Source: Thermoplasmatota archaeon (GTDB lineage Archaea > Thermoplasmatota > Thermoplasmata > UBA10834). From it: 64,000 bases of DNA. The notes below the pieces were generated by a model, which saw only the letters and a program-made list of their open reading frames with translations, had not been told where the DNA came from and searched no databases. Below are positions 1 through 9,201 of this stretch, piece after piece. The stretch is taken from NCBI GenBank assembly GCA_040751795.1, contig JBFMHR010000003.1, positions 192,001-256,000 of the forward strand, given 5' to 3'. A program made the position numbers and the translations under genes. How positions within the stretch are numbered: position 1 is the stretch's first letter; each line of letters starts with the position of its first letter.

Positions 1-179
1 ATGACCCGCCAGGAGAAGTCCTGGAAGGGCGTGAGCTTGACGTAGTCGGGTATCGCGCCCTTCGGCAGCCTGACCGCGTGGGGCCCGATGTCCTCCTTGT
101 AGGCTCCCTTGGTCTTGATGTAGTCGCCCTTCTTGACCTCGACCCTCTTGAAGACGTCCGATACCTCAGGCAGGCGCAA
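1..179 (-). CDS. 5' part of probable type II secretion F / TadC-like pilus membrane protein (runs off window start)
   Basis: Open frame (L)RLPEVSDVFKRVEVKKGDYIKTK... overlaps the ATPase stop. SD GGGGGTG upstream. Product inferred only from its position after the ATPase. Start is TTG 179 or CTG 173. Confidence 0.5.
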   Translation of the reverse strand, partial: MRLPEVSDVFKRVEVKKGDYIKTKGAYKEDIGPHAVRLPKGAIPDYVKLTPFQDFSWRV

Positions 180-1929
180 CACCCCCTGTCGGCGCCCTGA
201 CGGGGACCTGTGGCGGCGCGCTCAGGTGCAGCTCCTTCCTGGCCCGCTCCGCGGTGATCTTGGGGTCCTTGTAGTAGGCCCTGATGAGATCCCAGATCTC
301 CCTGTGGTCGCTGAGGTCCTTGGCCACCATGTACTTGATTATGTCCACACGCCGCTCGAACTCCTGCAGGAGCTCCTCGTGCGTGAGGTTCTTCATCTCC
401 ATGATCTTGTCGAACAGGAAGCTGTGGCCCTTGAAGATGAACTTGTCAGTCGCCTGGTCCCACTCGTACACCGTGTTGCTGATGAGCTCGTTCGTCTCGG
501 GCTCGAAACCGACGATCTCGATCAGCTGCTTGATCCTCCTGACCATGTCCATCCCGACCCTCGCGTGGGTCTGGATGATGACGTTCCTGAGCGCGGTCAG
601 CAGGATCCTCGGGCAGTTGATGGGCGGGTTCTCGAGCCTGTTCACCATGCCCTTGACCGAGTCGGCGTGCATGGTGGAGTAGGTCGTGTGGCCGGTGGCC
701 ATCGCCTGGAACATCGTGTAGGTCTCCTTGCCCCTGACCTCTCCCACGATGATGTAGTTGGGCCTCTGCCTCAGCGCGGCCCTCACGAGGTCGTACATGT
801 CGATCTCGCCCGCGGCCTTGCCGTCGGGCCCGCGTTCCCCGCTGCCGGTCCTGGTCGCGCCGGGGATCCAGTTCTCGTGGGGCAGGTTGATCTCCCTGGT
901 GTCCTCCATCGTGACGACCTTGGCCCCGGGCGGGATGAAGAGGGCCATGGCGTTCAGCGTGGCCGTCTTGCCGCTCGCGGTGCCGCCCGCGATGATGGCC
1001 GACTCGCCATGCTCGACGCTGAGCCAGAGGTACGCGACGATCTCGGGCGAGGCCGTCCCGTACTTGATCAGCTCGACTGGCGTGAAGGGCTTCTCCTTGA
1101 ACCGCCTGATGGTGAACGACGCGCCCCTGGTGGTGACCTCCCTCGCGTACGTCGCCTGGACCCTGTGCCCCTCGGGGGTCGTGCCGTCCAGGATCGGGTT
1201 GGACACCGACAGCTGCTTCCCGCACCTCTGGCCGAGCGAAATGACGAACGAGTTCAGGTCGTCCTCGTCGTTGAAGATGATGCTGGTCTTGATGGACTCG
1301 AACTTGTTGTGGAACAGGAACAGCGGGATGCCCACGCCGTCGCATGAGACGTCCTCCACATGCGGGTCGCGCATGAGGGTGTCGATCGGCCCGTACCCGA
1401 CGAAGTCCCTGGAGATGTAGTACTTTATCTTGTCCTCGGAGATGGGCTCGAGCCTTATCCCCCTGGACCTGATGTAGCTGTCGACGCTCTTATCCAGGTA
1501 GCTCTCCTTGTCCATCACGTCGAGCTTCTCCCACTCGTAGTCGAGGGTCATCTCGAAGGTGTTCTTGATCCGGTTGAGCAGCTCCTGCTCGAAGTCGTTG
1601 AGCTTCGGCTCGATCACGGTCATGAGGTAGTCGCTCACGGACGTGTCGTAGGTCACCCTGATGTAGCTGAAGGGCTCGACGACGCTGTAGAACGCCATCT
1701 CCTGGATGTTGGTGTCGGTGATGGGCGGGACGTCGGTGTACGGCGAGCCCTTGCCGTTCTTCCACCTGCGCCTCCTGGCCTCCGCGCCCTTGGCCTGCTT
1801 CTTCTTCACGGGCTCGGACTTGAGCTTGCTGAGCGCGTTGATGTACCCGCGCCAGATCTTCGTCGACACCGGCTGCTTCGGGCCCCTCAGGGGCACGTCG
1901 TGCTTCACCTTCGTCTCTGCCTCGGCCAT
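166..1929 (-). CDS. type II/IV secretion system ATPase (FlaI/PilB/TadA family)
   Basis: Walker A GGTASGKT, EDTRE Asp box, LRQRPNYIIVGEVRG, TGH..YSTMHA His box. Confidence 0.95.
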   Translation of the reverse strand: MAEAETKVKHDVPLRGPKQPVSTKIWRGYINALSKLKSEPVKKKQAKGAEARRRRWKNGKGSPYTDVPPITDTNIQEMAFYSVVEPFSYIRVTYDTSVSDYLMTVIEPKLNDFEQELLNRIKNTFEMTLDYEWEKLDVMDKESYLDKSVDSYIRSRGIRLEPISEDKIKYYISRDFVGYGPIDTLMRDPHVEDVSCDGVGIPLFLFHNKFESIKTSIIFNDEDDLNSFVISLGQRCGKQLSVSNPILDGTTPEGHRVQATYAREVTTRGASFTIRRFKEKPFTPVELIKYGTASPEIVAYLWLSVEHGESAIIAGGTASGKTATLNAMALFIPPGAKVVTMEDTREINLPHENWIPGATRTGSGERGPDGKAAGEIDMYDLVRAALRQRPNYIIVGEVRGKETYTMFQAMATGHTTYSTMHADSVKGMVNRLENPPINCPRILLTALRNVIIQTHARVGMDMVRRIKQLIEIVGFEPETNELISNTVYEWDQATDKFIFKGHSFLFDKIMEMKNLTHEELLQEFERRVDIIKYMVAKDLSDHREIWDLIRAYYKDPKITAERARKELHLSAPPQVPVRAPTGGVAPA

Positions 1930-1941
1930 CCTCACCGCCTC

Positions 1942-2925
1942 CTACAGGGACACCTCGCCGAGCGACATCTGGATGGTCGCATGGGTGTGGTCGAAGACGT
2001 TCACATCGTTGATCACGACGGTCACCAGGTAGCAGCCCACGGCCCTGCCGAGGTACGTGTACGTATCGTCGTACTGGGTGGACACCGAGTAGTCTGTCGT
2101 GTAGTCCAGGCCGGCCAGCGACGAGTTGAGGGCCCTGTTGAAGTAGGATGCCCAGGCCGTCCCGTGCATCGTGAATACCGTTATGGTGATGGATGAGCCG
2201 GACCCCGACTTGAGGGTGTTCGTGTCCGCGTACATCATCTCCGCGTTGATGCTCTTGGTCCCGGTTCCGCCGATGGTCTTGTTGGGGCCGAAGAGCGAGA
2301 CCTGGGTCAGCTTCACGACCCTGCTCCCGGACACGTCGCTCACGGAGAACTGCGGCCCCGAGATGATGAACTCCCCGTCGGACTGGTTCAGGATCACCGC
2401 CCCGGCCTCGTAGACCAGGTACTGCTCGACGTAGTACCTGTTGGGGGCGTAGAGGTGGACGTAGCCTCCCGCGTGGCCGCCCGTCGACGGGCTGAGGGTG
2501 AAGTCGTCGTCCACATACGTGACGTTGACGCATGGGAGGGCGGACGTGGTCTCGTGCTTGAATTCGAGGATGCCCGCCGTGGGCTCAGCGAATATGGGTA
2601 TCCCCGAGGCATGGAGGGTGATCGGCGCCACTATCGGGGCCGGGGCGAGCAGGCTGTTCGAGTAGTCTGCCACCAGCCCGTCAATGTCCGCCTTGAAGCC
2701 CAGCATCTGGGTGACGGCGGTCGCCATGTGGGTGCTCTCGTTGTCGCTCATCCAGACGGGGACGAACTGGTTGGTGAACATCCCCATGAACGTGAGGAAT
2801 ACGAGGAGGGACATTATCGTACCTATGGTCGCGGCGACGCCCTCGTCGTCCCACCTCGGTGACTTCTTGATGCGTTCAACCGCATAGAATTTACAATAGC
2901 GGACTCGCAGATGTGACAAATCCAT
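1942..2925 (-). CDS. archaeal type IV pilin-like protein with class III signal peptide
   Basis: KKSPRWDDEG|VAATIGTIMSLLVFLTFMGMF: charged leader, Gly at cleavage site, hydrophobic helix. Directly upstream of the pilus ATPase. Start uncertain. Confidence 0.75.
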   Translation of the reverse strand: MDLSHLRVRYCKFYAVERIKKSPRWDDEGVAATIGTIMSLLVFLTFMGMFTNQFVPVWMSDNESTHMATAVTQMLGFKADIDGLVADYSNSLLAPAPIVAPITLHASGIPIFAEPTAGILEFKHETTSALPCVNVTYVDDDFTLSPSTGGHAGGYVHLYAPNRYYVEQYLVYEAGAVILNQSDGEFIISGPQFSVSDVSGSRVVKLTQVSLFGPNKTIGGTGTKSINAEMMYADTNTLKSGSGSSITITVFTMHGTAWASYFNRALNSSLAGLDYTTDYSVSTQYDDTYTYLGRAVGCYLVTVVINDVNVFDHTHATIQMSLGEVSL

Positions 2926-2940
2926 CCTACCACCGAAGGG

Positions 2941-2982
2941 GGTTGCTGAAGCAACCTAATCAGCACCTGGAATATATTTAAA
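2941..2982 (-). promoter_or_regulatory. pilin operon promoter: TATA box plus palindromic operator
   Basis: Minus-strand TTTAAATATATT at 2971-2982; inverted repeat GGTTGCT-GA-AGCAACC at 2941-2956. Confidence 0.55.
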
Positions 2983-3120
2983 GGTGTCGTTTTTGCTATC
3001 GTCTGGAATACACCTTCCGAAAACACGCCAGGAACCGCCTTCCGCGCGCGTCCCGCGCCTCCTCCGGGGCCCCTCCCCGAGCCCTCGTCCGATGAGGCGC
3101 TCCCCGCCGCCCCTCCGACC

Positions 3121-3137
3121 AAGGAAGGTTTAATACC
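3121..3137 (+). promoter_or_regulatory. BRE/TATA of tRNA-Phe
   Basis: AAGGAAGGTTTAATA about 35-50 nt upstream of the tRNA. Confidence 0.55.
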
Positions 3138-3170
3138 GAGGTACGCCTAACTGCCAATCCCCACCTGAAT

Positions 3171-3243
3171 GCCGTGGTAACTCAGTTGGGAGAGTGCAAG
3201 ACTGAAGATCTTGAAGTCGCTGGTTCAAGTCCGGCCCACGGCA
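3171..3243 (+). tRNA. tRNA-Phe (GAA)
   Basis: Acceptor GCCGTGG/CCACGGC, anticodon arm CAAGA-CTGAAGA-TCTTG, T loop TTCAAGT; CCA not encoded. Confidence 0.97.
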
Positions 3244-3330
3244 CTCGATTCCATACTGGCCGGTCCGCGCCGCGCCCGGGAATAGCTTCATGCCGGCGCA
3301 AGCGCTTCGAGGCCCGAGGAGGGACGTGCG

Positions 3331-3768
3331 ATGCCGATCAAGTCGTTCGAGCTCGTGTCGATGGACGCCAAGAGGTTCACCAAGCTGGGGGAGCGCCCCC
3401 CGCAGCTCAGGGTCGACCACAACACCTCGGTGACGAGCATCTCCGCCCAGTCGGAGAGGGACGCGCTGATCGACTTCACGTTCACGGTCAGCTACGTGGG
3501 GGTCGGCCTGATCAAGATCGACGGCCGCGTCGTCTGGGACGGCGAGGCCAAGGCGGTCGCCTCGCAGTGGGCCAACAAGAAGGAGCTCCCGCCAGAGGTG
3601 TTCAACCCGATCCTCGGCGCGATATTCGCCAACTGCATGCCCGCAGCCGTCGTGGTGGCCAAGGACCTCAGCCTCCCGCCGCCCCTCCCCCCGCCGCAGA
3701 TCGCGATGAAGCAGGGCGCGAAGCCGCCCAAGGCCAAGGACCACAAGTCCTCGATGGAAGTCGCGTGA
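3331..3768 (+). CDS. hypothetical protein, SecB-like fold suspected
   Basis: SD GGAGGG, good codon usage; beta-strands then helices and an LPPPLPPP tail. Confidence 0.7.
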   Translation: MPIKSFELVSMDAKRFTKLGERPPQLRVDHNTSVTSISAQSERDALIDFTFTVSYVGVGLIKIDGRVVWDGEAKAVASQWANKKELPPEVFNPILGAIFANCMPAAVVVAKDLSLPPPLPPPQIAMKQGAKPPKAKDHKSSMEVA

Positions 3769-3775
3769 GCCGCCG

Positions 3776-6154
3776 TCACCTGATGTGGTCCAGGGAGAAC
3801 GAGCCGATGTTGAGCCCGGACTTGGTGGCGGAGTACCTTATGAAGGCGCGGGACTGGACCTCGCATATGCCCTTGACCGCGAGGAACGTGTTCAGGTTCT
3901 CGACCTTCAGGTCGATCATGCCGTCCATGAGGGACCCGAGCATCTGGATCTCCTGCTCGCCGTGGACCCCCTTCTCGATGGTGAACATGGAGACGGCCCG
4001 GTCCCTCTTCCTCCTGCCGACGACCGGGCTCAGGAACCTGAACGCGGTGTTGGGGTCCAGGTAGGCTATGAGGGTCGATATGGACCTGAAGCCGAGCCTG
4101 TAGTACTCGTGCTTCGACTTGAACTCCTTGGCCGCGTTCTCGATAGCCTTCTGGATGGACTCGTAGTCGGTCGGGGCCTCGACGTAGTCGGTGTACGGGT
4201 CCTGGGACTCGTCCCCCATGCTCCTCGAGTAGGTGTCGATGTACCTGACGAGTCCGCGCTTCTCGTACTCCTCGTAACCGGAGAGCACGAACATCATCTC
4301 CTCGCGCATCTCCTTGGGCGACTTCTCGGTGATGACCCAGATCGCCGGTATGCCCTTCTTGAGGCCGTCGGCGATGAACGAGTTCACCAGCACCTCCTTG
4401 CCGGTGAAGGGCGGGCCGTAGATGAGCACGTTCGAGCCGAAGGGTATGCCGCCCAGGAGCAGGTCGTCCAGCCTCGCGGTCCCCGTCTTGACCTTCTCGA
4501 CCTTGAGCTCCATGAGGCGCTCCTGCTCGCGCTTCTCGATCTCCTCGCCGATGACCCCCTGCTCCCTCGCCCTCAGCTCCTCCTCCTTCATGGCGAGGTA
4601 CTTCTCCTTGTTCCTGATCTCCTCTTCCTTCTGGGTGACCTCGGCCTTGAGCTCCTCCAGCCTCTTCTTGAGGGTGATCTCGTCGCTGGAGCCGACCTCC
4701 ATCTTCTGGTGCGCGACCCTCTTCAGCTCCTCCTGCAGGAGCCTCTCCCTGTACATCAGGTCGTCCTCGCGCCGGTTCATCTCCTGCTCCTTGTAGGCGA
4801 GGGGCTCCTTCAGCTTGGTCATCTCGTCCTCCCTGATGCGGAGCTCCTCCTTCAGCCGCTCTATCTCCCGGTCGCGGATGCTCACGGAGCTCTCCAGGCC
4901 CTGGGCCTGCTCCAGCTTCTTGATGAGCTCCGGGTCCATGCCGGCCTTGCCGCTCTCGGCCATGGCCAGCCGCTCCTCCACGTGCTTGATGTCGAGCTCC
5001 GACTGGGACAGCTTGGCCTGGAGGGAGTGTATCTCGTCCATCATCTCCTTCTCCTTGGCCGCCGTGGCCTCGACCTGCTCGAGGGACGCGCCCGAGTCCC
5101 TGGGCACGGGGGTGTAGGAGAACAGCCCCTCCTTGAGGGCCTCCTCCTTCGCCCTGAGCTGGTGCTCGAGGGCGTCGACCTTGGCCTTCCTCTCGGTCAG
5201 CTCGATCTCCTGCCGCCTCAGCTCCTGGACGTCGGGCGGCGAGGCCGCGATGCTCTTCTCCGTCTTGTCCCTGAGGCCGGCGACGAGGGTCTCCAGCTCC
5301 ATCACCTTGAGCTCGAGGTTCTCCCTGATCGACATCTCGGTGGCGAGCTGGTCCGCCAGGTTGACGGCGTCCGCCCCGCTCGCCTGCTGCTTCTTGATGA
5401 ACTTGATGACCGCGATGCTCCCGCGTTTGACGTTCTCGAGCTCCTCCTCGAGCTGCCTCCTCTGGGCCTTCCCCGCCTCCACCTCGGCCCTCGCCTTCGC
5501 GAGCTCGTCCACGACCGCGGAGGGGTCGAACCCCTCCACCTGGAACTTGCCCAGGAGCGCCTTCAGCGACTCCCGCAGCTCCACGATCTCGGCCTGCTGC
5601 TCCAGGATCTCCTCGGGGTGCTCCAGGGCCCCTTCGCCCGTCTTCTTTATGGGCGACTCGGTGAGCCAGGAATCCAGCCCCTCCTCGTCCCCGGAGAGCC
5701 ACTTGGCGAGCGTCTCGTCGTGGGGCAGCTCGGGCTCGTCCGCGACTGCGGGTTTCGGTTCCTCGCCCTCCCGTCCGGACAGCCAGGAGGAGAGCCCTTC
5801 GTCCTCCCCGGAGAGCCAGCTCGCCAGGCCTTCGTCCTTGGGGGCGGCGACGGCGTGGGCGCTCTCGATGATCTTCGCAGCGAGCTTGTCGCCGATGCCC
5901 TTCACGTTCGCGAGGTCCTCCGGCGTCGCCTTCTGGAGGTCGTCAACGGAGCGGTAGCCCGCCTTGTACAGCTCGTGGGCCTTCGCGTCCCCGATGCCGG
6001 GGACGGACATGAGCGCCTCGACCCCCTCGCTCTCTGACGGCGCCGCCCCGGGCCCGAGCGGCTCGGAGCAGTTGGAGCACACCTGCGCGTCGGGGGGCGA
6101 AGCCTCCCCGCACTTGGGGCAAACGATGTCCTCCTTCTGTTCCTTCTTCGGCAT
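3776..6154 (-). CDS. KaiC/RAD55-like RecA-superfamily ATPase with N-terminal Zn ribbon, HhH and coiled coil
   Basis: CPKC..CSNC; VPGIG/VKGIG HhH; E/K-rich coiled coil; TGTARLDDLLLGGIP..GPPFTGKE. Confidence 0.88.
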   Translation of the reverse strand: MPKKEQKEDIVCPKCGEASPPDAQVCSNCSEPLGPGAAPSESEGVEALMSVPGIGDAKAHELYKAGYRSVDDLQKATPEDLANVKGIGDKLAAKIIESAHAVAAPKDEGLASWLSGEDEGLSSWLSGREGEEPKPAVADEPELPHDETLAKWLSGDEEGLDSWLTESPIKKTGEGALEHPEEILEQQAEIVELRESLKALLGKFQVEGFDPSAVVDELAKARAEVEAGKAQRRQLEEELENVKRGSIAVIKFIKKQQASGADAVNLADQLATEMSIRENLELKVMELETLVAGLRDKTEKSIAASPPDVQELRRQEIELTERKAKVDALEHQLRAKEEALKEGLFSYTPVPRDSGASLEQVEATAAKEKEMMDEIHSLQAKLSQSELDIKHVEERLAMAESGKAGMDPELIKKLEQAQGLESSVSIRDREIERLKEELRIREDEMTKLKEPLAYKEQEMNRREDDLMYRERLLQEELKRVAHQKMEVGSSDEITLKKRLEELKAEVTQKEEEIRNKEKYLAMKEEELRAREQGVIGEEIEKREQERLMELKVEKVKTGTARLDDLLLGGIPFGSNVLIYGPPFTGKEVLVNSFIADGLKKGIPAIWVITEKSPKEMREEMMFVLSGYEEYEKRGLVRYIDTYSRSMGDESQDPYTDYVEAPTDYESIQKAIENAAKEFKSKHEYYRLGFRSISTLIAYLDPNTAFRFLSPVVGRRKRDRAVSMFTIEKGVHGEQEIQMLGSLMDGMIDLKVENLNTFLAVKGICEVQSRAFIRYSATKSGLNIGSFSLDHIR

Positions 6155-6425
6155 CCTGCCTCTCCTTCCGTCGTCACAAGGCCGTCAGTCGATAGGGGGG
6201 CGCCACCTCGGGTCGCACGCGCCAGACCTCTCCGCGGGGCCGGTCCAGCCGCGTCCTCTGAACGCATCTAAATAACCTGGCCGGCATATATATAGTTGCG
6301 TGACCGGGCATCGCCGCCAGTGTCCCGGGCCCGCGCGCGCGCCCCGCGGACGCCCGCCCCCCGCGGCCGCGGCGCCGTTTTTCGTCCAAAGCGCAATAAG
6401 CCCCCGCACCGATTCCCGGGCGCAG

Positions 6426-8831
6426 ATGCCCGAGGACGAGAAGAGGCCCAAGAAGGAGCGCATAGGGGTGTACGTGTGCCACTGCGGCACCAACATCGGC
6501 GGGACGGTCGACTGCAAGGCCGTGGCAGAGTACGCCCAGTCCCTGGAGGACGTCGTCGTCAGCAGGGACAACGTCTACACCTGCTCCGAGCCAGGCCAGA
6601 ACCAGATCGTCGAGGACATCAGGGACCTCGGCCTGACCAAGGTCGTCGTGGCCTCCTGCTCCCCCAAGATGCACGAGAAGACCTTCAGGAAGACGCTCCA
6701 GGACGCGGGCCTCAACCCCTACGTCCTCGAGATGGTCAACCTCAGGGAGCAGTGCTCATGGGTGCACAAGGACAAGGTCGAGGCGACCAAGAAGGCCAAG
6801 GACCTGGTCCGGGGCGGGGTCCGGAGGGCCGGGCTGCTGGAGGAGCTGGTCCCGGCGGAGGTCTCCATGTCCAGGGAGGCGCTCGTGGTCGGGGCGGGCA
6901 TCGCCGGCATATCCGCGGCGCTCCAGCTGGCCAACTCGGGGTACAGGGTGCACCTCGTCGAGAAGAGGACCTCGATCGGCGGGAGGATGGCCCAGCTCAG
7001 CAAGACCTTCCCCACGCTCGACTGCGCGCCGTGCATCCTCAGCCCGAGGATGGTCGAGGTCGCGTCCAACCCCAACGTGACTCTGTACACGCGTGCCGAG
7101 GTCGTCTCCGTCGAGGGGTCGCCAGGCAACTACAGGGCCAGGGTGAGGGTGGCGCCGCGCGGCGTCGACCCCAAGAAGTGCACCGGCTGCGCCAAGTGCG
7201 AGAAGGTCTGCCCGGTCAAGGTCCCCAACGAGTTCGAGGAGGGGCTGTACGAGCGGAAGGCGATCCACAAGCCGTTCCCGCAGGCGGTCCCGGCGTGCTA
7301 CGTCGTCGACTTCGAGAGCTGCAAGGAGTGCGGCGCCTGCGAGAAGGTCTGCACCGCCAAGGCGATCGACATGGACGAGGAGGAGAGGACGGTGGACCTC
7401 GAGGTCGGCGCGATCATAGTCGCCACCGGGTTCGACCTCTTCGACGTGAGGAGGCTCGGCGAGTACGACACCTCCCTCCCGGACGTCATCACCGCGACGC
7501 AGATGGAGCGCCTCATGATCAACGAGTGCGGGGCCGGCATGGTCCTGAAGAGGAAGGCGGACGGGAACAGGGTCAAGAAGGTCGCGTTCGTGCTCTGCGC
7601 CGGCTCGCGGACGAGGAAGGTCGGGGTGCCTTACTGCAGCAAGGTCTGCTGCAACTACGCCATCAAGCAGGCAGTGATACTCCGCAAGACCTTCCCCTAC
7701 ATGCAGGTGTACGTCTACTACATCGACGTGAGGTCCGCAGGGCGCGGCTTCGAGGAGTTCTACGTCCGCTCGATGGAGGAGTTCGGGGTGAGGTACATCC
7801 ACGGCAGGGTCTCGGACATCCAGAAGGGCGCCTCCGGGATCATGGTCCGGGCGGAGGACGTCACCCTCGGCGAGATCGTGGAGAACGAGTTCGACACGGT
7901 CGTGCTGTGCACGGCGATGGTCCCGTCCGCCGGGACGGAGGCCCTGGCCAAGGTGCTCAAGGTCCCCCTCGGCGAGGACGGCTTCGTGTCGGAGAAGCAC
8001 CCGAAGCTGGACCCGGTGTCATCGCACAGGAGCGGCGTGTTCGCCGCCGGGGCCGTCCTGGGGCCGAAGGACGTCCGGGACAGCGTCGTGGACGGGAGGA
8101 GCACCGCGGCCCACGTCATCGAGTTCCTCGGGTCCGGCAGGATGCTGCTCGACCCGGTGAAGGCCCAGATCGTCGACGCGTCCCGGTGCACAAGGTGCGG
8201 CGCCTGCGTTGAGGTATGCCCCGTCAGCGCCGTGACGCTGGACGACCTCCCGCAGGTCGACCAGATCGCATGCATCGGCTGCGGCGCTTGCGTGTCCGAA
8301 TGCCCGGTCAGCGTGTTCGAGCTGGCCCACTACACCGACAGGCAGGTGGCCGCCGCCGTCGAGGGGCTGCTCTCCGAGCCGTCCGAGGACGTGCGCGTCC
8401 TCGGGGTGTTCGGCGACGTCCTCGCGTACGTCGCGGCGGATACGGCCGGCACCGCGAGGATGGAGTACCCGCCGGCCATCAGGATCCTGAGGCTTCCGTC
8501 AGCGGCCAGGTTCGCGAGGAGGGAGATCCTGGGCGCCTTCGCCGCCGGCGCGGACGGCGTGATGCTCTCGGACGAGGAGGGCGGGGAGATGGCCCACGTG
8601 GTCGAGGAGCGGCTCAGGGCCCTCGGGCCTGAGCTGGACGCGCTCGGAATAGGCAAGGAGCGCGTGACCTTCGTCCCGATGCTCCTCCCGATCTACAAGG
8701 TCCTCCCGAAGTTCGTCGACACGTTCGAGAAGAAGGTCCGGCAGCTCGGGAAGCTGAGCGAAGGGGCGAGGAAGGGGGCGCGAGAGGCCGCGGCGAGGCA
8801 GGCGGACCCGGTCTTCGGGAGGAAGGGGTGA
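6426..8831 (+). CDS. hdrA: heterodisulfide reductase subunit A-like flavoprotein with C-terminal MvhD-like domain
   Basis: IGVYVCHCGTNI, LREQCSWVH, GAGIAG FAD motif, KTFPTLDC, YCSKVCC, two ferredoxin pairs, ADTAG.ARMEYP..GADGV. Confidence 0.93.
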   Translation: MPEDEKRPKKERIGVYVCHCGTNIGGTVDCKAVAEYAQSLEDVVVSRDNVYTCSEPGQNQIVEDIRDLGLTKVVVASCSPKMHEKTFRKTLQDAGLNPYVLEMVNLREQCSWVHKDKVEATKKAKDLVRGGVRRAGLLEELVPAEVSMSREALVVGAGIAGISAALQLANSGYRVHLVEKRTSIGGRMAQLSKTFPTLDCAPCILSPRMVEVASNPNVTLYTRAEVVSVEGSPGNYRARVRVAPRGVDPKKCTGCAKCEKVCPVKVPNEFEEGLYERKAIHKPFPQAVPACYVVDFESCKECGACEKVCTAKAIDMDEEERTVDLEVGAIIVATGFDLFDVRRLGEYDTSLPDVITATQMERLMINECGAGMVLKRKADGNRVKKVAFVLCAGSRTRKVGVPYCSKVCCNYAIKQAVILRKTFPYMQVYVYYIDVRSAGRGFEEFYVRSMEEFGVRYIHGRVSDIQKGASGIMVRAEDVTLGEIVENEFDTVVLCTAMVPSAGTEALAKVLKVPLGEDGFVSEKHPKLDPVSSHRSGVFAAGAVLGPKDVRDSVVDGRSTAAHVIEFLGSGRMLLDPVKAQIVDASRCTRCGACVEVCPVSAVTLDDLPQVDQIACIGCGACVSECPVSVFELAHYTDRQVAAAVEGLLSEPSEDVRVLGVFGDVLAYVAADTAGTARMEYPPAIRILRLPSAARFARREILGAFAAGADGVMLSDEEGGEMAHVVEERLRALGPELDALGIGKERVTFVPMLLPIYKVLPKFVDTFEKKVRQLGKLSEGARKGAREAAARQADPVFGRKG

Positions 8832-8973
8832 GCCGCGCGCTGCAGCGCGCCGGCGCCCGCGTGCCTTCGCGCACGCGTGGCCGGCCGTCCAGCCACCTCC
8901 TGTAAACATATTTATATCGAGATTTTCCATAGGAACCATGTCCTGCGCCAGGCCGAGGGCGGGGGTGTCCGGC

Positions 8974-9141
8974 ATGCAGAAGAAGATCCTCGTGAAGATC
9001 AAGAAGGACGGCTCGGAGCTGAGCCTCCGCGAGGTGCTGGACAAGATCAAGGAGCTCCAGGACCAGAACCCCGACGAGGACGTGTTCTTCGACGGGGACG
9101 AGTACGCCATATGCGCGAGGCCGCGGAAGGCCGCGCCCTGA
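8974..9141 (+). CDS. small hypothetical protein (55 aa)
   Basis: SD GGGGGTG, TATA ATTTATAT near 8910, strong codon bias: MQKKILVKIKK...DVFFDGDEYAIC. Confidence 0.75.
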   Translation: MQKKILVKIKKDGSELSLREVLDKIKELQDQNPDEDVFFDGDEYAICARPRKAAP

Positions 9142-9201
9142 CCGCCGCCGGTTCCCATGTTCTAATATCCGCCAAGCGATAGGGTACCGGACGGCCGTCC
9201 C

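Noticed and set aside
3174-4064. ORF overlapping tRNA-Phe
   Set aside because: Overlaps a clear tRNA and two better genes.
6426-8831. HdrA as evidence of methanogenesis
   Set aside because: No mcr, hdrBC or methyltransferase genes in the window; HdrA-like proteins are common in non-methanogens.
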